A DNA stretch of 64,000 nt, taken from Eledone cirrhosa (lineage: Eukaryota). Below, in pieces: positions 12,301-24,300 of this stretch. The notes beneath the pieces were generated by a model. It was not told the DNA's origin, ran no database searches, and saw nothing but the letters and a program-made list of their open reading frames with translations. The first letter of the stretch is position 1; each line of letters begins with the position of its first letter. The stretch covers positions 16,058,001 through 16,122,000 of the forward strand of contig OZ024740.1 of NCBI GenBank assembly GCA_964016885.1, in the 5' to 3' direction. The position numbers were made by a program, and so were the translations under genes.

Positions 12301-15300
12301 CTTGGGAGAGCTGGACAGCAGAAGGTCTTTAGAGAAGAAACTGTCAGGCAAGCTAGACAGCAGAAGGTCTTCAGACAAGAAACTGTCAGGAGACCTGGAC
12401 AGCAGAAGGTCTTCAGAGAAGAAACTCTCAGGAGAGCTAGACAGCAGAAGGTCTTCAGAGATGAAACTGTCAGGAGAGCTGGACAGTAGGTCTTCAGAGA
12501 AGAAACTCTCGGGAGAGCTGGACAGCAGAAGGTCTTTAGAGAAGAAACTCTCAGGAGAGCTGGACAGTAGAAGGTCTTTAGAGAAGAAACTCTCAGGAGA
12601 GCTGGACAGCAGAAGCTCTTCAGAGAAGAAACTGTCAGGAGAGCTGGACAGCAGAAGGTCTTTAGAGAAGAAACTCTCAGGAGAGCTGGACAGCAGAAGG
12701 TCTTTAGAGAAGAAACTCTCAGGAGAGCTGGACAGCAGAAGGTCTTCAGAGAAGAAACTCGCAGGAAAGCTAGACAGCAGAATGTCTTCAGAGAAGAAAC
12801 TCTCAGGAGAGATGGACAGCAGAAGGTCTTCAGAGAAGAAACTCTCAGGAGAGCTGGACAGCAGAAGGTCTTCAGAGAAGAAACTCTCAGGAGAGCTGGA
12901 CAGCAGAATGTCTTCAGAGAAGAAACTCTCAGGAGAGCTAGACAGCAGAATGTCTTCAGAGAAGTAACTTTCGGGAGTGCTGGACAGCAGAAGGTCTTTA
13001 GACAAGAAACTCTCAGGAGAGCTAGACAGCAGAAGGTCTTCAGAGAAGACACTGTCAGGAGAGCTGGACAGCAGATGGTCTTCAGAAAAGAAACTCTCAG
13101 GTAGAGCTGGACAGCAGAAGGTCTTCAGAGAAGAAACTTTGAGGAGAGCTGGACAGTAGAAGGTCTTTAGAGAAGAAACTCTCAGGAGAGCTGGATAGCA
13201 GAAGGTCTTCAGAGAAGAAACTTTCGGGAGAGATGGACAGCAGAAGGTCTTTAGAGAAGAAACTCTCAGGAGAGCTAGACAGCAGAAGGTCTTCAGAGAA
13301 GAAACTCTCAGGAGAGCTGGACAGCAGAAGGTCTTTAGAGAAGAAACTCTCAGGAGAGCTGGACAGCAGAAGGTCTTCAGAGAAGAAACTGTCAGGAGAG
13401 CTGGACAGCAGAAGGTCTTCAGAGAAGAAACTCTTAGGAGAGCTGGACAGCAGAATGTCTTAAGAGAAGAAACTCTCAGGAGAGCTGGACAGCAGATGGT
13501 CTTCAGAGAAGAAACTTTGAGGAGAGCTGTACAGTAGGTCTTCAGAGAAGAAACTCTCAGGAGAGATGGACAGCAGAAGGTCTTCAGAGAAAAAACTCTC
13601 AGGAGAGCTAGACAGCAGAAGGTCTTCAGAGGAGAAACTCTCAGGAGAGATAGACAGCAGAAGGTCTTCAGAGAAGAAACTCTCAGGAGAGCTGGATAGC
13701 AGAAGGTCTTCAGAGAAGAAACTCTTATGAGAGCTGGATAGCAGAAGGTCTTCAGAGAAGAAACTGTCAGGAAAGCTGGACAGCAGAAGCTCTTCAGAGA
13801 AGAAACTCTCAGGAGAGCTGTACAGTAGGTCTTCAGAGAAGAAACTCTCAGGAGAGCTGGACAGCAGAAGGTCTTCAGAGAAGAAACTCTCAGGAGAGCT
13901 AGACAGTAGAAGGTCTTCAGAGGAGAAACTCTCAGGAGAGATAGATAGCAGAAGGTCTTCAGAGAAGAAACTCTCAGGAGAGTTGGACAGCAGAGGGTCT
14001 TCAGAGAAGAAACTCTCAGGAGAGCTAGACAGCAGAAGGTCTTTAGAGAAGAAACTCTCAGGAGAGCTAGACAGCAGAAGGTCTTCAGAGAAGAAACTCT
14101 CAGGAGAGCTGGACAGCAGAAGGTCTTTAGAGATGAATCTCTCAGGAGAGCTAGACAGCAGAAGGTCTTCAGAGAAGAAACTCTCAGGAGAGATGGACAG
14201 CAGAAGGTCTTCAGAGAAAAAACTCTCAGGAGAGCTAGACAGCAGAAGGTCTTCAGAGGAGAAACTCTCAGGAGAGATAGACAGCAGAAGGTCTTCAGAG
14301 AAGAAACTCTCAGGAGAGCTGGATAGCAGAAGGTCTTCAGAGAAGAAACTCTTATGAGAGCTGGATAGCAGAAGGTCTTCAGAGAAGAAACTGTCAGGAG
14401 AGCTGGACAGCAGAAGCTCTTCAGAGAAGAAACTCTCAGGAGAGCTGTACAGTAGGTCTTCAGAGAAGAAACTCTCAGGAGAGCTGGACAGCAGAAGGTC
14501 TTCAGAGAAGAAACTCTCAGGAGAGCTAGACAGTAGAAGGTCTTCAGAGGAGAAACTCTCAGGAGAGATAGATAGCAGAAGGTCTTCAGAGAAGAAACTC
14601 TCAGGAGAGTTGGACAGCAGAAGGTCTTCAGAGAAGAAACTCTCAGGAGAGCTAGACAGCAGAAGGTCTTTAGAGAAGAAACTCTCAGGAGAGCTAGACA
14701 GCAGAAGGTCTTCAGAGAAGAAACTCTCAGGAGAGCTGGACAGCAGAAGGTCTTTAGAGATGAATCTCTCAGGAGAGCTAGACAGCAGAAGGTCTTCAGA
14801 GAAGAAACTGTCAGGAGAGCTGGACAGCAGAAGGTCTTCAGAGAAGAAGCTCTCGGGAGAGCTGGACAGCAGAAGGTCTTCAGAGAAGAAACTCTCAGGA
14901 GAGCTAGACAGCAGAAGGTCTTTAGAGAAGAAACTCTCAGGAGAGCTAGACAGCAGAAGGTCTTCAGAGAAGAAACTCTCAGGAGAGCTGGACAGCAGAA
15001 GGTCTTCAGAGAAGAAACTCTCAGGAGAGCTGGATAGGAGAAGGTCTTCAGAGAAGAAACTCTTGGGAGAGCTGGACAGCAGAAGGTCTTTAGAGAAGAA
15101 ACTCTCAGGCAAGCTAGACAGCAGAAGGTCTTCAGACAAGAAACTGTCAGGAGACCTGGACAGCAGAAGGTCTTCAGAGAAGAAACTCTCAGGAGAGCTA
15201 GACAGCAGAAGGTCTTCAGAGATGAAACTGTCAGGAGAGCTGGACAGTAGGTCTTCAGAGAAGAAACTCTCGGGAGAGCTGGACAGCAGAAGATCTTTAG

Positions 15301-18300
15301 AGAAGAAACTCTCAGGAGAGCTGGACAGTAGAAGGTCTTTAGAGAAGAAACTCTCAGGAGAGCTGGACAGCAGAAGCTCTTCAGAGAAGAAACTGTCAGG
15401 AGAGCTGGACAGCAGAAGGTCTTTAGAGAAGAAACTCTCAGGAGAGCTGGACAGCAGAAGGTCTTTAGAGAAGAAACTCTCAGGAGAGCTGGACAGCAGA
15501 AGGTCTTCAGAGAAGAAACTCGCAGGAAAGCTAGACAGCAGAATGTCTTCAGAGAAGAAACTCTCAGGAGAGATGGACAGCAGAAGGTCTTCAGAGAAGA
15601 AACTCTCAGGAGAGCTGGACAGCAGAAGGTCTTCAGAGAAGAAACTCTCAGGAGAGCTGGACAGTAGAAGGTCTTTAGAGAAGAAACTCTCAGGAGAGCT
15701 GGACAGCAGAAGGTCTTTAGAGAAGAAACTGTCAGGAGAGCTGGACAGCAGAAGGTCTTTAGAGAAGAAACTGTCAGGAGATCTGGACAGCAGAAGGTCT
15801 TCAGAAAACAAACTGTCATGAGAGCTGGACAGCAGAAGGTCCTCAGAGAAGAAACTCTCAGGTGAGCTAGACACCAGAAGGTCTTCAGAGAAGAAACTCT
15901 CAGGAGAGCTGGATAGCAGAAGGTTTTCAGAGAAGAAGCTCTCAGGAGAGCTGGACATCAGAAGGTCTTCAGAGAAGAAACTCTCAGGAGAGATAGACAG
16001 CAGAAGGTGTTCAGAGAAGAAACTCTCAGGAGAGCTGGACAGCAGGTCTTCAAAGAAGAAACTCTCAGGAGTACTGGACAGCAGAAGGTCTTTAGAGAAG
16101 AAACTCTCAGGAGAGCTGGACAGCAGAAGGTCTTTAGAGAAGAAACTCTCAGGAGAGCTGGACAGCAGAAGGTCTTTAGAGAAGAAACTCTCAGTAGAGC
16201 TGGACAGCAGAAGGTCTGCAGAGAAGAAACTCTCGGGAGAGCTAGACAGCAGAAGGTCTTCAGAAAACAAACTGTCATGAGAGCTGGACAGTAGAAGGTC
16301 CTCAGAGAAGAACCTCTCAGGTGAGCTAGACACCAGAAGGTCTTCAGAGAAGAAACTCTCACGAGAGCTGGACAGCAGAAGGTCTTCAGAGAAGAAGCTC
16401 TCAGGAGAGCTGGACATCAGAAGGTCTTCAGAGAAGAAACTCTCAGGATAGATAGACAGCAGAAGGTGTTCAGTGAAGAAACTCTCAGGAGAGCTGGACA
16501 GCAGACGGTCTTCAAAGAAGAAACTCTCAGGAGAGCTGGACAGCAGAAGGTCTTCAGAGAAGAAACTCTCAGGAGAGCTGGACAGCAGAAGGTCTTCAGA
16601 GAAGAAACTCTCAGGAGTACTGGACAGCAGAAGGTCTTCAGAGAAGAAACTCTCGGGAGAGCTGGACAGCAGAAGGTCTTCAGAAAAGAAACTCTCAGGA
16701 GAGCTAGACAGCAGAAGGTCTTCAGAGAAGAAACTCTCAGGAGAGCTGGACAGCAGAAGGTCTTCAGAGAAGAAACTGTCAGGAGAGCTGGACAGCAGAA
16801 GGTCTTCAGAGAAGAAACTCTCAGGAGAGCTAGACAGCAGAATGTCTTCAGAGAAGTAACTTTCGGGAGTGCTGGACAGCAGAAGGTCTTTAGAGAAGAA
16901 ACTCTCAGGAGAGCTATACAGCAGGTCTTCAGAGAAGACACCGTCAGGAGAGCTGGACAGCAGAAGCTCTTCAGAGGAGAAACTCTCAGGAGAGATAGAT
17001 AGCAGAAGGTCTTCAGAGAAGAAACTCTCAGGAGAGTTGGACAGCAGAAGGTCTTCAGAGATGAAACTGTCAGGAGAGCTGGACAGTAGGTCTTCAGAGA
17101 AGAAACTCTCGGGAGAGCTGGACAGCAGAAGGTCTTTAGAGAAGAAACTCTCAGGAGAGCTGGACAGTAGAAGGTCTTTAGAGAAGAAACTCTCAGGAGA
17201 GCTGGACAGCAGAAGCTCTTCAGAGAAGAAACTGTCAGGAGAGCTGGACAGCAGAAGGTCTTTAGAGAAGAAACTCTCAGGAGAGCTGGACAGCAGAAGG
17301 TCTTCAGAGAAGAAACTCGCAGGAAAGCTAGACAGCAGAATGTCTTCAGAGAAGAAACTCTCCGGAGAGATGGACAGCAGAAGGTCTTTAGAGAAGAAAC
17401 TCTCAGGAGAGCTGGACAGTAGAAGGTCTTTAGAGAAGAAACTCTCAGGAGAGCTGGACAGCAGAAGCTCTTCAGAGAAGAAACTGTCAGGAGAGCTGGA
17501 CAGCAGAAGCTCTTCAGAGAAGAAACTGTCAGGAGAGCTGGACAGCAGAAGGTCTTTAGAGAAGAAACTCTCAGGAGAGCTGGACAGCAGAAGGTCTTCA
17601 GAGAAGAAACTCTAGGGAGAGCTGGACAGCAGAAGGTCTTCAGAGAAGAAACTGTAAGGAGAGCTGGACAGTAGGTCTTCAGAGAAGAAACTCTCGGGAG
17701 AGCTGGACAGCAGAAGGTCTTTAGAGAAGAAACTCTCAGGAGAGCTGGACAGTAGAAGGTCTTTAGAGAAGAAACTCTCAGGAGAGCTGGACAGCAGAAG
17801 CTCTTCAGTGAAGAAACTGTCAGGAGAGCTGGACAGCAGAAGGTCTTTAGAGAAGAAACTCTCAGGAGTGCTGGACAGCAGAAGGTCTTCAGAGAAGAAA
17901 CTCGCAGGAAAGCTAGACAGCAGAATGTCTTCAGAGAAGAAACTCTCAGGAGAGATGGACAGCAGAAGGTCTTCAGAGAAGAAACTCTCAGGAGAGCTGG
18001 ATAGCAGAAGGTCTTCAGAGAAGAAACTTTCGGGAGAGATGGACAGCGGAAGGTCTTTAGAGAAGAAACTCTCAGGAGAGCTAGACAGCAGAAGGTCTTC
18101 AGAGAAGAAACTCTCAGGAGAGCTGGACAGCAGAAGGTCTTTAGAGAAGAAACTCTCAGGAGAGCTGGTCAGCAGAAGGTCTTCAGAGAAGAAACTGTCA
18201 GGAGAGCTGGACAGCAGAAGGTCTTCAGAGAAGAAACTCTTAGGAGAGCTGGACAGCAGAATGTCTTAAGAGAAGAAACTCTCAGGAGAGCTGGACAGCA

Positions 18301-21300
18301 GATGGTCTTCAGAAAAGAAACTCTCAGGTAGAGCTGGACAGCAGAAGGTCTTCAGAGAAGAAACTTTGAGGAGAGCTGTACAGTAGGTCTTCAGAGAAGA
18401 AACTCTCAGGAGAGATGGACAGCAGAAGGTCTTCAGAGAAAAAACTCTCAGGAGAGCTAGACAGCAGAAGGTCTTCAGAGGAGAAACTCTCAGGAGAGAT
18501 AGACAGCAGAAGGTCTTCAGAGAAGAAACTCTCAGGAGAGCTGGATAGCAGAAGGTCTTCAGAGAAGAAACTCTTATGAGAGCTGGATAGCAGAAGGTCT
18601 TCAGAGAAGAAACTGTCAGGAGAGCTGGACAGCAGAAGCTCTTCAGAGAAGAAACTCTCAGGAGAGCTGTACAGTAGGTCTTCAGAGAAGAAACTCTCAG
18701 GAGAGCTAGACAGTAGAAGGTCTTCAGAGGAGAAACTCTCAGGAGAGATAGATAGCAGAAGGTCTTCAGAGAAGAAACTCTCAGGAGAGTTGGACAGCAG
18801 AAGGTCTTCAGAGAAGAAACTCTCAGGAGAGCTAGACAGCAGAAGGTCTTTAGAGAAGAAACTCTCAGGAGAGCTAGACAGCCGAAGGTCTTCAGAGAAG
18901 AAACTCTCAGGAGAGCTGGACAGCAGAAGGTCTTTTGAGATGAATCTCTCAGGAGAGCTAGACAGCAGAAGGTCTTCAGAGAAGAAACTGTCAGGAGAGC
19001 TGGACAGCAGAAGGTCTTCAGAGAAGAAGCTCTCGGGAGAGCTGGACAGCAGAAGGTCTTCAGAGAAGAAACTCTCAGGAGAGCTAGACAGCAGAAGGTC
19101 TTTAGAGAAGAAACTCTCAGGAGAGCTGGATAGGAGAAGGTCTTCAGAGAAGAAACTCTTGGGAGAGCTGGACAGCAGAAGGTCTTTAGAGAAGAAACTG
19201 TCAGGCAAGCTAGACAGCAGAAGGTCTTCAGACAAGAAACTGTCAGGAGACCTGGACAGCAGAAGGTCTTCAGAGAAGAAACTCTCAGGAGAGCTAGACA
19301 GCAGAAGGTCTTCAGAGATGAAACTGTCAGGAGAGCTGGACAGTAGGTCTTCAGAGAAGAAACTCTCGGGAGAGCTGGACAGCAGAAGATCTTTAGAGAA
19401 GAAACTCTCAGGAGAGCTGGACAGTAGAAGGTCTTTAGAGAAGAAACTCTCAGGAGAGCTGGACAGCAGAAGCTCTTCAGAGAAGAAACTGTCAGGAGAG
19501 CTGGACAGCAGAAGGTCTTTAGAGAAGAAACTCTCAGGAGAGCTGGACAGCAGAAGGTCTTTAGAGAAGAAACTCTCAGGAGAGCTGGACAGCAGAAGGT
19601 CTTCAGAGAAGAAACTCGCAGGAAAGCTAGACAGCAGAATGTCTTCAGAGAAGAAACTCTCAGGAGAGATGGACAGCAGAAGGTCTTCAGAGAAGAAACT
19701 CTCAGGAGAGCTGGACAGCAGAAGGTCTTCAGAGAAGAAACTCTCAGGAGAGCTGGACAGCAGAATGTCTTCAGAGAAGAAACTCTCAGGAGAGCTAGAC
19801 AGCAGAATGTCTTCAGAGAAGTAACTTTCGGGAGTGCTGGACAGCAGAAGGTCTTTAGAGAAGAAACTCTCAGGAGAGCTAGACAGCAGAAGGTCTTCAG
19901 AGAAGACACTGTCAGGAGAGCTGGACAGCAGATGGTCTTCAGAAAAGAAACTCTCAGGTAGAGCTGGACAGCAGAAGGTCTTCAGAGAAGAAACTTTGAG
20001 GAGAGCTGGACAGTAGAAGGTCTTTAGAGAAGAAACTCTCAGGAGAGCTGGATAGCAGAAGGTCTTCAGAGAAGAAACTTTCGGGAGAGATGGACAGCAG
20101 AAGGTCTTTAGAAAAGAAACTCTCAGGAGAGCTAGACAGCAGAAGGTCTTCAGAGAAGAAACTCTCAGGAGAGCTGGACAGCAGAAGGTCTTTAGAGAAG
20201 AAACTCTCAGGAGAGCTGGACAGCAGAAGGTCTTCAGAGAAGAAACTCTTAGGAGAGCTGGACAGCAGAATGTCTTAAGAGAAGAAACTCTCAGGAGAGC
20301 TGGACAGCAGATGGTCTTCAGAGAAGAAACTTTGAGGAGAGCTGTACAGTAGGTCTTCAGAGAAGAAACTCTCAGGAGAGATGGACAGCAGAAGGTCTTC
20401 AGAGAAAAAACTCTCAGGAGAGCTAGACAGCAGAAGGTCTTCAGAGGAGAAACTCTCAGGAGAGATAGACAGCAGAAGGTCTTCAGAGAAGAAACTCTCA
20501 GGAGAGCTGGATAGCAGAAGGTCTTCAGAGAAGAAACTCTTATGAGAGCTGGATAGCAGAAGGTCTTCAGAGAAGAAACTGTCAGGAAAGCTGGACAGCA
20601 GAAGCTCTTCAGAGAAGAAACTCTCAGGAGAGCTGTACAGTAGGTCTTCAGAGAAGAAACTCTCAGGAGAGCTGGACAGCAGAAGGTCTTCAGAGAAGAA
20701 ACTCTCAGGAGAGCTAGACAGTAGAAGGTCTTCAGAGGAGAAACTCTCAGGAGAGATAGATAGCAGAAGGTCTTCAGAGAAGAAACTCTCAGGAGAGTTG
20801 GACAGCAGAGGGTCTTCAGAGAAGAAACTCTCAGGAGAGCTAGACAGCAGAAGGTCTTTAGAGAAGAAACTCTCAGGAGAGCTAGACAGCAGAAGGTCTT
20901 CAGAGAAGAAACTCTCAGGAGAGATGGACAGCAGAAGGTCTTCAGAGAAAAAACTCTCAGGAGAGCTAGACAGCAGAAGGTCTTCAGAGGAGAAACTCTC
21001 AGGAGAGATAGACAGCAGAAGGTCTTCAGAGAAGAAACTCTCAGGAGAGCTGGATAGCAGAAGGTCTTCAGAGAAGAAACTCTTATGAGAGCTGGACAGT
21101 AGAAGGTCTTTAGAGAAGAAACTCTCAGGAGAGCTGGACAGCAGAAGGTCTTTAGAGAAGAAACTGTCAGGAGAGCTGGACAGCAGAAGGTCTTTAGAGA
21201 AGAAACTGTCAGGAGATCTGGACAGCAGAAGGTCTTCAGAAAACAAACTGTCATGAGAGCTGGACAGCAGAAGGTCCTCAGAGAAGAAACTCTCAGGTGA

Positions 21301-24300
21301 GCTAGACACCAGAAGGTCTTCAGAGAAGAAACTCTCAGGAGAGCTGGATAGCAGAAGGTTTTCAGAGAAGAAGCTCTCAGGAGAGCTGGACATCAGAAGG
21401 TCTTCAGAGAAGAAACTCTCAGGAGAGATAGACAGCAGAAGGTGTTCAGAGAAGAAACTCTCAGGAGAGCTGGACAGCAGGTCTTCAAAGAAGAAACTCT
21501 CAGGAGTACTGGACAGCAGAAGGTCTTTAGAGAAGAAACTCTCAGGAGAGCTGGACAGCAGAAGGTCTTTAGAGAAGAAACTCTCAGGAGAGCTGGACAG
21601 CAGAAGGTCTTTAGAGAAGAAACTCTCAGTAGAGCTGGACAGCAGAAGGTCTGCAGAGAAGAAACTCTCGGGAGAGCTAGACAGCAGAAGGTCTTCAGAA
21701 AACAAACTGTCATGAGAGCTGGACAGTAGAAGGTCCTCAGAGAAGAACCTCTCAGGTGAGCTAGACACCAGAAGGTCTTCAGAGAAGAAACTCTCACGAG
21801 AGCTGGACAGCAGAAGGTCTTCAGAGAAGAAGCTCTCAGGAGAGCTGGACATCAGAAGGTCTTCAGAGAAGAAACTCTCAGGATAGATAGACAGCAGAAG
21901 GTGTTCAGTGAAGAAACTCTCAGGAGAGCTGGACAGCAGACGGTCTTCAAAGAAGAAACTCTCAGGAGAGCTGGACAGCAGAAGGTCTTCAGAGAAGAAA
22001 CTCTCAGGAGAGCTGGACAGCAGAAGGTCTTCAGAGAAGAAACTCTCAGGAGTACTGGACAGCAGAAGGTCTTCAGAGAAGAAACTCTCGGGAGAGCTGG
22101 ACAGCAGAAGGTCTTCAGAAAAGAAACTCTCAGGAGAGCTAGACAGCAGAAGGTCTTCAGAGAAGAAACTCTCAGGAGAGCTGGACAGCAGAAGGTCTTC
22201 AGAGAAGAAACTGTCAGGAGAGCTGGACAGCAGAAGGTCTTCAGAGAAGAAACTCTCAGGAGAGCTAGACAGCAGAATGTCTTCAGAGAAGTAACTTTCG
22301 GGAGTGCTGGACAGCAGAAGGTCTTTAGAGAAGAAACTCTCAGGAGAGCTATACAGCAGGTCTTCAGAGAAGACACCGTCAGGAGAGCTGGACAGCAGAA
22401 GCTCTTCAGAGGAGAAACTCTCAGGAGAGATAGATAGCAGAAGGTCTTCAGAGAAGAAACTCTCAGGAGAGTTGGACAGCAGAAGGTCTTCAGAGATGAA
22501 ACTGTCAGGAGAGCTGGACAGTAGGTCTTCAGAGAAGAAACTCTCGGGAGAGCTGGACAGCAGAAGGTCTTTAGAGAAGAAACTCTCAGGAGAGCTGGAC
22601 AGTAGAAGGTCTTTAGAGAAGAAACTCTCAGGAGAGCTGGACAGCAGAAGCTCTTCAGAGAAGAAACTGTCAGGAGAGCTGGACAGCAGAAGGTCTTTAG
22701 AGAAGAAACTCTCAGGAGAGCTGGACAGCAGAAGGTCTTCAGAGAAGAAACTCGCAGGAAAGCTAGACAGCAGAATGTCTTCAGAGAAGAAACTCTCCGG
22801 AGAGATGGACAGCAGAAGGTCTTTAGAGAAGAAACTCTCAGGAGAGCTGGACAGTAGAAGGTCTTTAGAGAAGAAACTCTCAGGAGAGCTGGACAGCAGA
22901 AGCTCTTCAGAGAAGAAACTGTCAGGAGAGCTGGACAGCAGAAGCTCTTCAGAGAAGAAACTGTCAGGAGAGCTGGACAGCAGAAGGTCTTTAGAGAAGA
23001 AACTCTCAGGAGAGCTGGACAGCAGAAGGTCTTCAGAGAAGAAACTCTAGGGAGAGCTGGACAGCAGAAGGTCTTCAGAGAAGAAACTGTCAGGAGAGCT
23101 GGACAGTAGGTCTTCAGAGAAGAAACTCTCGGGAGAGCTGGACAGCAGAAGGTCTTTAGAGAAGAAACTCTCAGGAGAGCTGGACAGTAGAAGGTCTTTA
23201 GAGAAGAAACTCTCAGGAGAGCTGGACAGCAGAAGCTCTTCAGTGAAGAAACTGTCAGGAGAGCTGGACAGCAGAAGGTCTTTAGAGAAGAAACTCTCAG
23301 GAGTGCTGGACAGCAGAAGGTCTTCAGAGAAGAAACTCGCAGGAAAGCTAGACAGCAGAATGTCTTCAGAGAAGAAACTCTCAGGAGAGATGGACAGCAG
23401 AAGGTCTTCAGAGAAGAAACTCTCAGGAGAGCTGGATAGCAGAAGGTCTTCAGAGAAGAAACTTTCGGGAGAGATGGACAGCGGAAGGTCTTTAGAGAAG
23501 AAACTCTCAGGAGAGCTAGACAGCAGAAGGTCTTCAGAGAAGAAACTCTCAGGAGAGCTGGACAGCAGAAGGTCTTTAGAGAAGAAACTCTCAGGAGAGC
23601 TGGTCAGCAGAAGGTCTTCAGAGAAGAAACTGTCAGGAGAGCTGGACAGCAGAAGGTCTTCAGAGAAGAAACTCTTAGGAGAGCTGGACAGCAGAATGTC
23701 TTAAGAGAAGAAACTCTCAGGAGAGCTGGACAGCAGATGGTCTTCAGAAAAGAAACTCTCAGGTAGAGCTGGACAGCAGAAGGTCTTCAGAGAAGAAACT
23801 TTGAGGAGAGCTGTACAGTAGGTCTTCAGAGAAGAAACTCTCAGGAGAGATGGACAGCAGAAGGTCTTCAGAGAAAAAACTCTCAGGAGAGCTAGACAGC
23901 AGAAGGTCTTCAGAGGAGAAACTCTCAGGAGAGATAGACAGCAGAAGGTCTTCAGAGAAGAAACTCTCAGGAGAGCTGGATAGCAGAAGGTCTTCAGAGA
24001 AGAAACTCTTATGAGAGCTGGATAGCAGAAGGTCTTCAGAGAAGAAACTGTCAGGAGAGCTGGACAGCAGAAGCTCTTCAGAGAAGAAACTCTCAGGAGA
24101 GCTGTACAGTAGGTCTTCAGAGAAGAAACTCTCAGGAGAGCTAGACAGTAGAAGGTCTTCAGAGGAGAAACTCTCAGGAGAGATAGATAGCAGAAGGTCT
24201 TCAGAGAAGAAACTCTCAGGAGAGTTGGACAGCAGAAGGTCTTCAGAGAAGAAACTCTCAGGAGAGCTAGACAGCAGAAGGTCTTTAGAGAAGAAACTCT